Below, piece by piece: positions 32,063 through 40,445 of a DNA stretch of 64,000 nucleotides. The DNA is from Spirulina sp. Its GTDB lineage: Bacteria; Cyanobacteriota; Cyanobacteriia; Phormidesmidales; Phormidesmidaceae. The translations under genes and the position numbers were made by a program. The DNA is taken from the NCBI GenBank assembly GCA_044070495.1, contig JBIPSI010000017.1, forward strand, positions 1 through 64,000. The letters are read 5' to 3'. Positions within the stretch are counted from its first letter, which is position 1, and every line of letters begins with the position of its first letter. The notes beneath the pieces are model-generated. The model was not told the origin of the DNA. It worked only from the letters and a program-made list of their open reading frames with translations, and made no database searches.

Positions 32063-35050
32063 ATGACTGTATCCTCCATCCCCGTTCAAAACCGGCGAGG
32101 GTTGCGGGAACGCTTCCTCAACCTGATTAACCTACGCGCCGATGAGCAGGGGCGTACCCTGTTGATGTTCGCCTTCTACACCGCCACCTCCATGGGGATT
32201 TTGTGGCTAGAGGTGAGTTCGGCAGAGTTGTTTCTGGGGAAATATGGGGCGGATCGCTTGCCCTGGATCTACATCTTCAGTGCCGGGGTTGGGCTAGGGA
32301 TGAGCGTGGTCTATTCTTGGCTGCAACGGGTGTTTCCTTTACGCTGGGTGATTGTCTTAATTTCCCTGCTGATGACCTTGCCGATTCTGCTTTTTTTCTG
32401 GGGGTTATCGGTAGAGAAATTCACCTTTTTAACAGTCTTTTTACTGCGCCTGTGGATTGAGGCAATCTACAACCTCAACGATCTAAATCTATCGGTCACG
32501 GCCAACCAAATTTTCAATATTCGGGAAATTAAGCGCGCCTTTCCAATTATTAGTAGCGGCAATCTGCTGGCCGATGTTTTGAGCGGCTTCTCGGTGGCCA
32601 TTTTGATGCGGGTTGTGGGGCTAAAAAACGTGATGCTGCTGTCCTTTGGCGTCATGCTTCTGGGCACCGTCATTCTCTACTATCTCAGTGTCAACTATGC
32701 CCATGCCTTTCCAGATTCCCCCAAACGGCAAGCCCAGGATGTAGAAAGCTACCAATCTCGGCAGCGATTAAAGGGGGCGATGCGGCAGTATATCGTACTG
32801 CTATTTTCCTTCTTTGTGCTGGCCCAAATGCTGCTGTTTTCCATTGAGTTTCAGTTTTTCCAGCAGCTAGATCTCACCCTGGAGGTAGAAACCATTGCCT
32901 CATTTCTAGGGATTTTTAGCGGTTTGCTAGGGTTAATTGAACTGTTCACCCAGTGGTTTACCTCCAGCCGTTTAATTGAACGGGAAGGAGTGTTTGCGGT
33001 TGCCCTGGTGCTGCCCTCGGTGATTGTAGTCGTGGGCGTGCTTACCCTAGCCCTGAGCTTTCCGATTTTTGGGGGAGCTTCTGCGCTCTTTTTTGGCCTG
33101 GTGATTCTCAAATTTTTTGATGAGTGGCTGCGCTATACCCTAGTGGCCACCACCCGCCCGGTGCTGTTTCAGCCCATCTCCGACCGGGTTCGCAGTACGG
33201 TGCAGTCGTGGGTGGGGGGCATTGCCGAACCCCTGGCCATGGGGGGAACTGGGGTGATCATTCTGGTCACCATTGCGGCGGCCAATCGCCTAGGGCTAAC
33301 CGACCCCATCCTTCAGTCCCAGATTTTTCTGGCGGGTACCGTGGTGGCGGGGGTAATCTGGTTTGGCCTCATGGCCCTGCTGCGAACCCGCTATCTCAAT
33401 CTGCTGGTGCAGGGGGCCGAGCGAGGCCTCACCACCTTCTCCGATGGGGATCGGCGGGGGATGAAAAAGAACCTGGTGGAGGGGCTAGAAAAGAATAAAT
33501 CCGAGGCCGATAAGCATTCCTACATCGATCTACTCAGCCAGATTGCCCCCAAGGATTTAGGTGAAGTTCTAACGCCCCACCTGGCCAGCTTTTCCTCCAG
33601 CCTTCAGCAGCACAGTTTGCAGGTGATGATGGAGCACCCCGACCCCAGATACCATCAGTCGGTGCGGGCGTTGCTGGGCCAAACCCAGGGCAGACCGGAG
33701 GTGCAGGCCCTAGCCCTGCGCTACGTGTGGCTGGCCCAGGAAACCTACAACATCGACGAACTGCGGCCCTACCTCTCCCCCGATGTGGATGCGGTGGTGC
33801 GGGGCACGGCGGCTTCCCTGATGCTGCGGCGCGGCAGCATCAACGACCGAGCCGAGGCCACCGCCACCCTACGCAAAATGCTGGTGAACGAGCGGGAACG
33901 GGAGCGGGTGATGGGCTGCCAAGCCCTGGGGGAAGCCGACTATATGGAGTCCCTCAGTATCTATATCGATGACCTGCTTCAGGATCCCTCCCTGCGGGTG
34001 CGGCGGGCCATTTTAGAGGCCATTGCCGCCACCCAATACAAGAAGTACTACCCCTCCCTGCTGAAGGCGTTGCAGTACAAATCCACCCGCGCCGCCGCCA
34101 GCGAAGCCCTCACCCGCCTAGGCGATGATGCCCTGCCCATGCTGGAAACCCTAGCCACCGATGAGTATCAGCCGGAGGTGCTACGAAACCAGGCATGGCA
34201 AGTGATTGGGGCGATTGGCACCTCGCGAGCCTTGGAGGTGCTGATCCAAAACCTGATGAGTTCCTGGGGCCAGACCCGCCGCCAAATTCTGCGGATTTTG
34301 CTGAAGCTCTACCAAGAAACCGGGGTGAAGCGATCCGACCTGATCGACAATGCCCTGGATCAACTGCTGGGGCGCAGCGGCTTTGAGGAACTGCTCGATA
34401 CCGAACTGGCCTTTGTGGGGCAGATTCTCGCCGCCAAGCTTGACCTCGGTGGCACCGCCACCACCATGGAAGAACGCCTGCTGCAATCGGCCCTGGAGGG
34501 GTTGGAAACCGACGCCATTGATCGACTGTTTATGCTGCTGCGGTTTATTTCCCCCGCCAATGCCGTGCAGGCCGCCCAGGCCAGCCTCAGCGGTTCGGTT
34601 TCCAGTTGGGCTAAGGGGCTGGAAATCCTCGATAACTGCCTCGATATTTCCAGCAAGCGCACCATCCTGATTCTGCTGGATCGCCAGCCCGACGACGAAA
34701 AACTCAAGCGCCTTAGCCTCTCTACCCCGCTGATTGCCTACACGCCGCTGTCTCCCCGAGATCGCCTACGGCAACTGCTCGATCTGCGCAACTTCCTGTC
34801 GGATTGGGCCTTGGCCTGCGGCTTCCACCTCGCTAGGGCCAAGCACTGGAACCTAACGGCAGCCCACACCCTCGCTCTGCTGCAACATCCCACGGGCTTT
34901 GTGCGGGAAGCGGTGTTAGCCTACTTGGCGGAGGCTTCTCCCCGTGCCCTGCGCGACATTCTGCCCATGATGCAGCAGGATCCTAACGAATTGGTAGCCC
35001 GTCAGGTTAAGCAACTGATGAGAACCTATAATTTAGAACCAGATTTGTGA
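32063..35050 (+). CDS. NTT/TLC-like (Npt1/Npt2) MFS membrane domain fused to HEAT repeats
   Basis: About 12 TM N-terminal half with LFL.KYGADRLPW and ANQIFNIREIKRAFPII; C-terminal HEAT-like repeats (LLQDPSLRVRRA, QDPNELVA). Confidence 0.8.
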   Translation: MTVSSIPVQNRRGLRERFLNLINLRADEQGRTLLMFAFYTATSMGILWLEVSSAELFLGKYGADRLPWIYIFSAGVGLGMSVVYSWLQRVFPLRWVIVLISLLMTLPILLFFWGLSVEKFTFLTVFLLRLWIEAIYNLNDLNLSVTANQIFNIREIKRAFPIISSGNLLADVLSGFSVAILMRVVGLKNVMLLSFGVMLLGTVILYYLSVNYAHAFPDSPKRQAQDVESYQSRQRLKGAMRQYIVLLFSFFVLAQMLLFSIEFQFFQQLDLTLEVETIASFLGIFSGLLGLIELFTQWFTSSRLIEREGVFAVALVLPSVIVVVGVLTLALSFPIFGGASALFFGLVILKFFDEWLRYTLVATTRPVLFQPISDRVRSTVQSWVGGIAEPLAMGGTGVIILVTIAAANRLGLTDPILQSQIFLAGTVVAGVIWFGLMALLRTRYLNLLVQGAERGLTTFSDGDRRGMKKNLVEGLEKNKSEADKHSYIDLLSQIAPKDLGEVLTPHLASFSSSLQQHSLQVMMEHPDPRYHQSVRALLGQTQGRPEVQALALRYVWLAQETYNIDELRPYLSPDVDAVVRGTAASLMLRRGSINDRAEATATLRKMLVNERERERVMGCQALGEADYMESLSIYIDDLLQDPSLRVRRAILEAIAATQYKKYYPSLLKALQYKSTRAAASEALTRLGDDALPMLETLATDEYQPEVLRNQAWQVIGAIGTSRALEVLIQNLMSSWGQTRRQILRILLKLYQETGVKRSDLIDNALDQLLGRSGFEELLDTELAFVGQILAAKLDLGGTATTMEERLLQSALEGLETDAIDRLFMLLRFISPANAVQAAQASLSGSVSSWAKGLEILDNCLDISSKRTILILLDRQPDDEKLKRLSLSTPLIAYTPLSPRDRLRQLLDLRNFLSDWALACGFHLARAKHWNLTAAHTLALLQHPTGFVREAVLAYLAEASPRALRDILPMMQQDPNELVARQVKQLMRTYNLEPDL

Positions 35051-35093
35051 CGTTTTTGTGACGTTATCTATGCGTGACGTTATTTGTGACGTT
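35047..35093. repeat. Four GTGACGTT direct repeats in the 85-bp intergenic gap
   Basis: Copies start at 35047, 35058, 35074 and 35086. Confidence 0.8.
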
Positions 35094-35135
35094 TGGCCCT
35101 CCTCAGCGTTTTCCGTTCCCTTGTCTCGTTGACCT

Positions 35136-35714
35136 ATGCCAGACATTACCCTCAACAGCCTAGATCGCCTGCTCTTTATCCGCCGCGTGCCCATCTTCGA
35201 GGAACTGCGGGATGACTTTTTAATGCGCCTTGCCCCGGTAATGGACGAGGTGCGCTTTGAGGCGGGCTACACCATTATCACCGAGGGCCAGGAGGGACGG
35301 GCCATGTACATCATCGTGTCGGGCCAGGTGAGCGTCCATCTCAGCGGGCAGCAGGTAGCCCAGTTCCAGACCGGAGACTGCTTTGGGGAAATGTCGGTGT
35401 TCGATGCCGAGCCTCGCTCCGCCTCGGTGACCACCCTAGAACCCTGCGACTGCCTGGTGCTCACCCAACAACAGCTCTACGACGCCATCGACGAAACCCC
35501 CGGCATCGCCGTCAACATCATTCGTCTACTGTCCCGCCGCATCCGCGAACTCAATCAAGATCTCAACCTCGTCAAGGGTCGTCTTAAGGCCGCCAAAGCC
35601 CACCGCGCCAACCCTGCCCTGCCCGCCACCGAAGCCTACCCCAACGACTATCCCGAAACCTACCCTACCGATGGCTACCCCGTCCCCGCCTGGGATCGCC
35701 CCATCCTCTACTAA
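35136..35714 (+). CDS. Cyclic-nucleotide-binding domain protein without a CRP HTH
   Basis: IITEGQEG, MYIIVSGQV, GDCFGEM, PRSASV phosphate-binding cassette. Confidence 0.9.
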   Translation: MPDITLNSLDRLLFIRRVPIFEELRDDFLMRLAPVMDEVRFEAGYTIITEGQEGRAMYIIVSGQVSVHLSGQQVAQFQTGDCFGEMSVFDAEPRSASVTTLEPCDCLVLTQQQLYDAIDETPGIAVNIIRLLSRRIRELNQDLNLVKGRLKAAKAHRANPALPATEAYPNDYPETYPTDGYPVPAWDRPILY

Positions 35715-35747
35715 CCTTTCCCCAACCAAGAACCCCCGCCCCCCTAA

Positions 35748-35817
35748 TAACCAATAACCAATAACCAATAACCAATAACCAATAACCAATAACCAATAAC
35801 CAATAACCAATAACCAA
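35748..35817. repeat. Heptamer tandem repeat (TAACCAA)x10, STRR-type
   Basis: Ten perfect copies counted directly. Confidence 0.97.
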
Positions 35818-35826
35818 TCCCCCTCC

Positions 35827-36768
35827 ATGCCAACCTTCTTCTCCGACGCCGCCGATCTCAACCAAGGGCTGAAGCAGGCGCTAGACCAGCTTTGGGAGTT
35901 CTTCCCTACCCTGGCCCCCCACCAAATCGCCGTGACCTGGGTGGTCTACGATCCGCCCTACATCACCAATACGGGGGGGGCTCTGAGTGCCCACGAATTT
36001 TGGCAGCATCGGCCCCGTGGGGCTAGCTATCGCGGCGTGGAACTCATCTATCCAGCCAGTGTGGTGAAGCTGTTTTACCTAGTCGCCGCCCAGGAATGGC
36101 TAGAACAGGGCATGATCCAATCCTCGGCAGAGCTAGACCGCGCCCTGCGGGATATGATTGTGGACTCTAGCAACGACGCCACCAGCCTGGTGATGGATGT
36201 GCTAACGGGTACCACCAGTGGCCCCGAACTGCCCCCTGGCCCCTTTGAAACCTGGCAGTACCAGCGCAACATTGTGAATCGCTTTTTCCAATCCTTGCAG
36301 TGGCCGGAGGTGGCGACGGTTAATATGAACCAAAAGACCTGGTGCGATGGCCCCTACGGTCGGGAGCGGGCCTTTGTGGGCGAACACTACGAAAACCGGA
36401 ACAAATTGACCACCAACGCCGTGGCGCGACTAATCCACAGCTTGGCGGGCGGGGTGGCGGTGTCGGCGGCGCGTTCCCAGGCCATGCTGGCATTGATGCG
36501 GCGGGATCTCACCCTAGAGAGGCCCCCCAGCGAAGAGGAGGATCAGGTGAGCGGATTCATTGGATCGGGGCTACCGACCAACGCCGCGCTCTATTCCAAG
36601 GCCGGATTTACCAGCCAGGTGCGCCACGATGCCGCCTACATCGAAATTCCGGGCCACCATCCCTTTACCCTAGTAGTCTTCACCGAGGGGCGAGAACACA
36701 GCAAGAACCGCGAGATCATCCCCTACCTCGCCCAGCAATTAGCCGCCCAAACCTGTTTGGAGCCTTAG
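35827..36768 (+). CDS. Class A beta-lactamase-like serine hydrolase
   Basis: PASVVK (SxxK), SSN (SxN), KAG and RHD motifs. Confidence 0.88.
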   Translation: MPTFFSDAADLNQGLKQALDQLWEFFPTLAPHQIAVTWVVYDPPYITNTGGALSAHEFWQHRPRGASYRGVELIYPASVVKLFYLVAAQEWLEQGMIQSSAELDRALRDMIVDSSNDATSLVMDVLTGTTSGPELPPGPFETWQYQRNIVNRFFQSLQWPEVATVNMNQKTWCDGPYGRERAFVGEHYENRNKLTTNAVARLIHSLAGGVAVSAARSQAMLALMRRDLTLERPPSEEEDQVSGFIGSGLPTNAALYSKAGFTSQVRHDAAYIEIPGHHPFTLVVFTEGREHSKNREIIPYLAQQLAAQTCLEP

Positions 36769-36909
36769 CCTCAAGGCGGGTTCAGTTTCTGGGGCTATGA
36801 CCGCACGGGCCTGGGAATCGGGCTGGGATTAATGTCTAGGTTGATGTCTAGATTCATGTCTGGGGGGCGATTCATCGCAGATCTGGATCGACAATAGAGT
36901 TATCCAGCC

Positions 36910-37449
36910 GTGCCCGTACCCAAGTTGTCTGAACTTGCCCTCACCTCAGCCAAGGGGGTTGCTATGGCTATGCATTCACACCGCGATGCTCGCGTTCCGA
37001 TTTTGGCAGAACTGCGTTTAACGCAGCAAATCGTCGCCTTTTGGGTGGTGTTCTTGCTCGGTCTTCTCTTTCATACCCAAATTGCGCTTATGCCCCTGTT
37101 CCATGGCCTAGGGGTGCTTGCGCCCCATGGTCATGTGGCCACCTCCATCACCGAAATTACGCCCGTTTTGTGGGGGATGGTGGCCTTCTTTGTTCTGCCG
37201 CTGGTGGCGATTTTAGCCCTGGTTGTGCATCCGTCCCGTCGCCTGTGTCAGGCCCATTTTGGCCTCACGGTGGTGTATACGCTGCTGAATATCGGCCACC
37301 TTGCCGCCGATTTGTTGATCAAGCCCGTCGCCTGGTACCAAATTGTGTTGATGGTGCTGTTGCTGGTGGTGGGGCTTCTGCTCAACCGATTTGCCTACCA
37401 ATGGTGGCGTATGTACTCCCCTCACCCCAGGCCCCTATCGGCCACCTAG
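36910..37449 (+). CDS. Hypothetical 4-TM membrane protein
   Basis: FLLGLLFHTQIALMPLFHG, four hydrophobic segments; start probably later (~36964). Confidence 0.7.
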   Translation: MPVPKLSELALTSAKGVAMAMHSHRDARVPILAELRLTQQIVAFWVVFLLGLLFHTQIALMPLFHGLGVLAPHGHVATSITEITPVLWGMVAFFVLPLVAILALVVHPSRRLCQAHFGLTVVYTLLNIGHLAADLLIKPVAWYQIVLMVLLLVVGLLLNRFAYQWWRMYSPHPRPLSAT

Positions 37450-37678
37450 GCCAACTGGGGATGGCCTGATAGCCCTTAACCGTTGAAAAATGCCGCTTCC
37501 ATGGCCAAAAAGAGGAAGGTTAGTGGCCCATTTCCCTGCATCGGAAAATGTTGCATCTGGGCCGTCCCTCCCCTGGAAAGAGGTGGTACAATTCTCGGCA
37601 ATTACTGTGTGGTGTGTATAGACCTGAAGGTCAGTTCCGAAAGGTTATCTGCAATAAGGTCATCTGCAATTTTGAGGA

Positions 37679-38536
37679 GTGAAGATTAAATCCATGGCTT
37701 ACCTAAAATCCCTATCCGCCCTAGCGGGTGTGGCAGCAGCGGCTACCCTGATCAGCGCTCTGCCTGCCCAAGCCGAAGGCAATCCCCTGTCCACCGAAGC
37801 TGTGGTAGAGGTGATCACCCTAGACGCCACCGAAACCCTGGCCACCGAGACCCTCGATCAAGGCGAAGTCGTCTCTGAGATTATCCCCACCGGAGTCATC
37901 TCTGAAACCTCTGCCGAGCTAGCGGAAGCCATCCCCGCCGATGCCGCCACCACCGCCACCCTGCTGACGGAGTCTGCGGCTCCCGTAGCGTTCCAAGTCA
38001 CCGATGATGCCCTGATTAGTTTTGACAACGCCGGGCTTCAGGCCGCCCTCAACGATTCCATCACCGAAGCGGCTCCCGCCCTCAACGAAGGCGTCGAATT
38101 GGCCCAGTCTTCCCGGCGTGGCTATGACGCCGTTTCCCCCGCCTACCTGGGCGTGGCCGGTAACGTGGGCTTTGGCGACCCCGATAGCGCTATCGGTGAC
38201 TTTGGCGTCAACGTGATTAGTAAGATCTCCCTCGGCCCCCGGTTCTCCCTGCGGCCCGCTTTCTTCATCTCCGAGCGCTTCACCAACTTTGCTATCCCCC
38301 TCACCTACAACTTCAACACCATCGCGGCCCGTGGTGTGCGCTTCCAGCCCTACGTAGGGGCTGGGGTAGATGTACCCTTCAACGGCAACACCGCCCTGAT
38401 GCTGAATGCCGGTGCTGATGTGCCCATTTCCCGCACCTTTACCCTCAATGCCGCCACCAATGTGCGCGTCACCAGTGGGTTTGGGCTTGGGTTCTCCCTG
38501 GGTGTGGGCTACAACTTCCCCTTCATCTTCGAGTAA
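37679..38536 (+). CDS. Outer-membrane beta-barrel protein (8-stranded-like) with acidic linker
   Basis: Signal peptide ending AQA; YLGVAGNVG, PYVGAG, C-terminal GVGYNF. Confidence 0.8.
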   Translation: MKIKSMAYLKSLSALAGVAAAATLISALPAQAEGNPLSTEAVVEVITLDATETLATETLDQGEVVSEIIPTGVISETSAELAEAIPADAATTATLLTESAAPVAFQVTDDALISFDNAGLQAALNDSITEAAPALNEGVELAQSSRRGYDAVSPAYLGVAGNVGFGDPDSAIGDFGVNVISKISLGPRFSLRPAFFISERFTNFAIPLTYNFNTIAARGVRFQPYVGAGVDVPFNGNTALMLNAGADVPISRTFTLNAATNVRVTSGFGLGFSLGVGYNFPFIFE

Positions 38537-38610
38537 GTTGGGCTAAACCTCTGGCCGGATCGCCTGGCTTGATTGCTGATAAATCCCAGGCGAATCCAAT
38601 GATTTCCCCT

Positions 38611-38643
38611 AGGGCGGGTACCGATGGTATCCGCCTTTTCTTG
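38611..38643 (+). terminator. Rho-independent terminator
   Basis: AGGGCGGGTACC-GAT-GGTATCCGCC-TTTTCTT. Confidence 0.65.
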
Positions 38644-38730
38644 TAGGTTTGGTGGGAGCTAGCCTGTCTAGGAACCCCCAGGGCACCTTGAAAGCACCCG
38701 ACAGCGGGGTTCACCTTCAGGGGCATCACT

Positions 38731-40185
38731 ATGACCACAGCCAGCCGCGTCACCTGGGAACAGGTGCTGCAAACCTTCCAGCGCCATTGGGGCTACGACC
38801 ATTTCCGCAAACCCCAGGACGACATCATCAAAGCCCTCCTAGACCGTCGCGATGTGCTGGTGGTGCTGCCCACCGGGGGCGGCAAATCCATCTGTTTTCA
38901 GCTTCCCGCCCTGCTGCAATCGGGGCTAACCCTGGTGGTGTCGCCGCTGTTGGCCCTGATGGAAAACCAGGTGCAAGAACTGCGGGAAAAGGGGCTGCCA
39001 GCGGCCACCCTCCACAGCCAAATGCCGCCCCACCAACGTCGTCGCCTTCTGCAAGACCTGGAACACCAACGCCTGCGGTTGCTCTACCTCTCCCCCGAAA
39101 CTCTGCTTAGCCCACCCGTGTGGGATCGGCTGTGTAACCCAAACCTTCATCTCAACGGCCTGATTTTGGATGAAGCCCATTGTCTAGTGCAGTGGGGGGA
39201 AACCTTCCGCCCCGCCTACCGCCGCCTAGGGGCCGTGCGCCAAGCCCTGCTAGATTGCCGCCCGGCGGGAAGCACCCTGCCCATCGCCGCCTTCACCGCC
39301 ACCGCCGATCCCCAGGCTCAGCGGATTCTACGGGAGGTGTTGCAGCTTCAAAATCCCCAGGTGGTAAGGCTCAACCCCCATCGCCCTAACCTGCACCTGG
39401 CGGTCAAACCCGTGATCAGCCAGGGCCAGCGCCACCATGCTATGGGGCGATTCCTGGCCCAGCACCCCCACCAGGCGGGCCTAATCTACGTGCGCACCCG
39501 CCGAGACAGTGAAACCCTAGCCCAGCAACTGCAAGCCAAGGGTTACCGAACCGCCCCCTACCACGCGGGCCTTGCCGGACAGGATCGCCGCCGCATTGAG
39601 GCCGAGTGGATGGCCGACGATCTTCAGTTTGTGGTGTGTACCAGCGCCTTTGGCATGGGGGTCAACAAGCCCAACACCCGTTGGGTGCTCCACTACCAGG
39701 CCCCTTGCACCATTACCGAGTATGTGCAAGAAGTGGGGCGGGCAGGGCGAGATGGGCAACCGGCGACTGCCCTTAGCCTGGTGAGTGAACGCACGGGCTG
39801 GCTAGACAGCAGCGACCGCCAGCGGGCCAAATTCTTTGAGACCCAAACCCAAACCCTCCAGCGCAAGGCCCAGCAGTTGGTCAGCCAAATCCCGGCTACG
39901 GGGGATGTGCGAGAGATTAGCCAAGACTTTTCCCACGGGGCCATTTCCCTCTCCTGGCTGCACAGCACCGGGCAACTGGTGTGGGTCGATCCCTTTCGCT
40001 ACCAGTTGCGACCCCAGACGGGCAGCGTCCCTAACCCTCAAACCAACGCCAGTCAGCAAATGCACCAATTTTTGCACGGTCGCCAGTGCCGTTGGCAGGC
40101 GTTGTTGGTGGCCTTTGGCTTCCGTACCGAGGCCCAGCACCTTTCCCGCTGTGGCCATTGTGATAATTGCCTGAGGTCGCGCTAG
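38731..40185 (+). CDS. recQ: RecQ-family DNA helicase (short form without HRDC)
   Basis: LPTGGGKS, DEAHC, TATA, AFGMGVNK, QEVGRAGRDG, zinc motif CR..CGHCDNC. Confidence 0.95.
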   Translation: MTTASRVTWEQVLQTFQRHWGYDHFRKPQDDIIKALLDRRDVLVVLPTGGGKSICFQLPALLQSGLTLVVSPLLALMENQVQELREKGLPAATLHSQMPPHQRRRLLQDLEHQRLRLLYLSPETLLSPPVWDRLCNPNLHLNGLILDEAHCLVQWGETFRPAYRRLGAVRQALLDCRPAGSTLPIAAFTATADPQAQRILREVLQLQNPQVVRLNPHRPNLHLAVKPVISQGQRHHAMGRFLAQHPHQAGLIYVRTRRDSETLAQQLQAKGYRTAPYHAGLAGQDRRRIEAEWMADDLQFVVCTSAFGMGVNKPNTRWVLHYQAPCTITEYVQEVGRAGRDGQPATALSLVSERTGWLDSSDRQRAKFFETQTQTLQRKAQQLVSQIPATGDVREISQDFSHGAISLSWLHSTGQLVWVDPFRYQLRPQTGSVPNPQTNASQQMHQFLHGRQCRWQALLVAFGFRTEAQHLSRCGHCDNCLRSR

Positions 40186-40332
40186 AACGAACACAAGGCG
40201 AATCTAACAGCACAGCGCCCCACCGATGCAAAATTCTCGCGGGTGCTCCACGGATTAGTAGGGCAAGGAGATCCTCTCCCTACCGTTTGGCGAATTGGGG
40301 CATCGGGGGGCTGGGGGTGGTATGCCAACATT

Positions 40333-40406
40333 CGGGTATTGGGCTTGTTGGCTCCCATGCCAAAGGCGCTGGTGCAGACCATGGGCCGCAGGTTATCGAT
40401 CATCCC
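40333..40406 (-). pseudogene. Inverted, diverged copy of an internal recQ segment (motif V)
   Basis: Reverse complement aligns to 39607-39680; MVCTSAFGMGANKPNTR versus VVCTSAFGMGVNKPNTR. Confidence 0.8.
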
Positions 40407-40445
40407 GGTGGTGTTACCAGGCCAAGGCTTCATCCTCCCTAGGCA

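Noticed and set aside
35526..35865. Minus-strand ORFs encoding (LLVIGYW)n
   Set aside because: They are a translation artefact of the heptamer repeat and overlap real plus-strand genes.
35827..36768. Acquired antibiotic-resistance beta-lactamase
   Set aside because: It has no signal peptide or mobile context and resembles chromosomal cyanobacterial serine hydrolases; resistance cannot be inferred.
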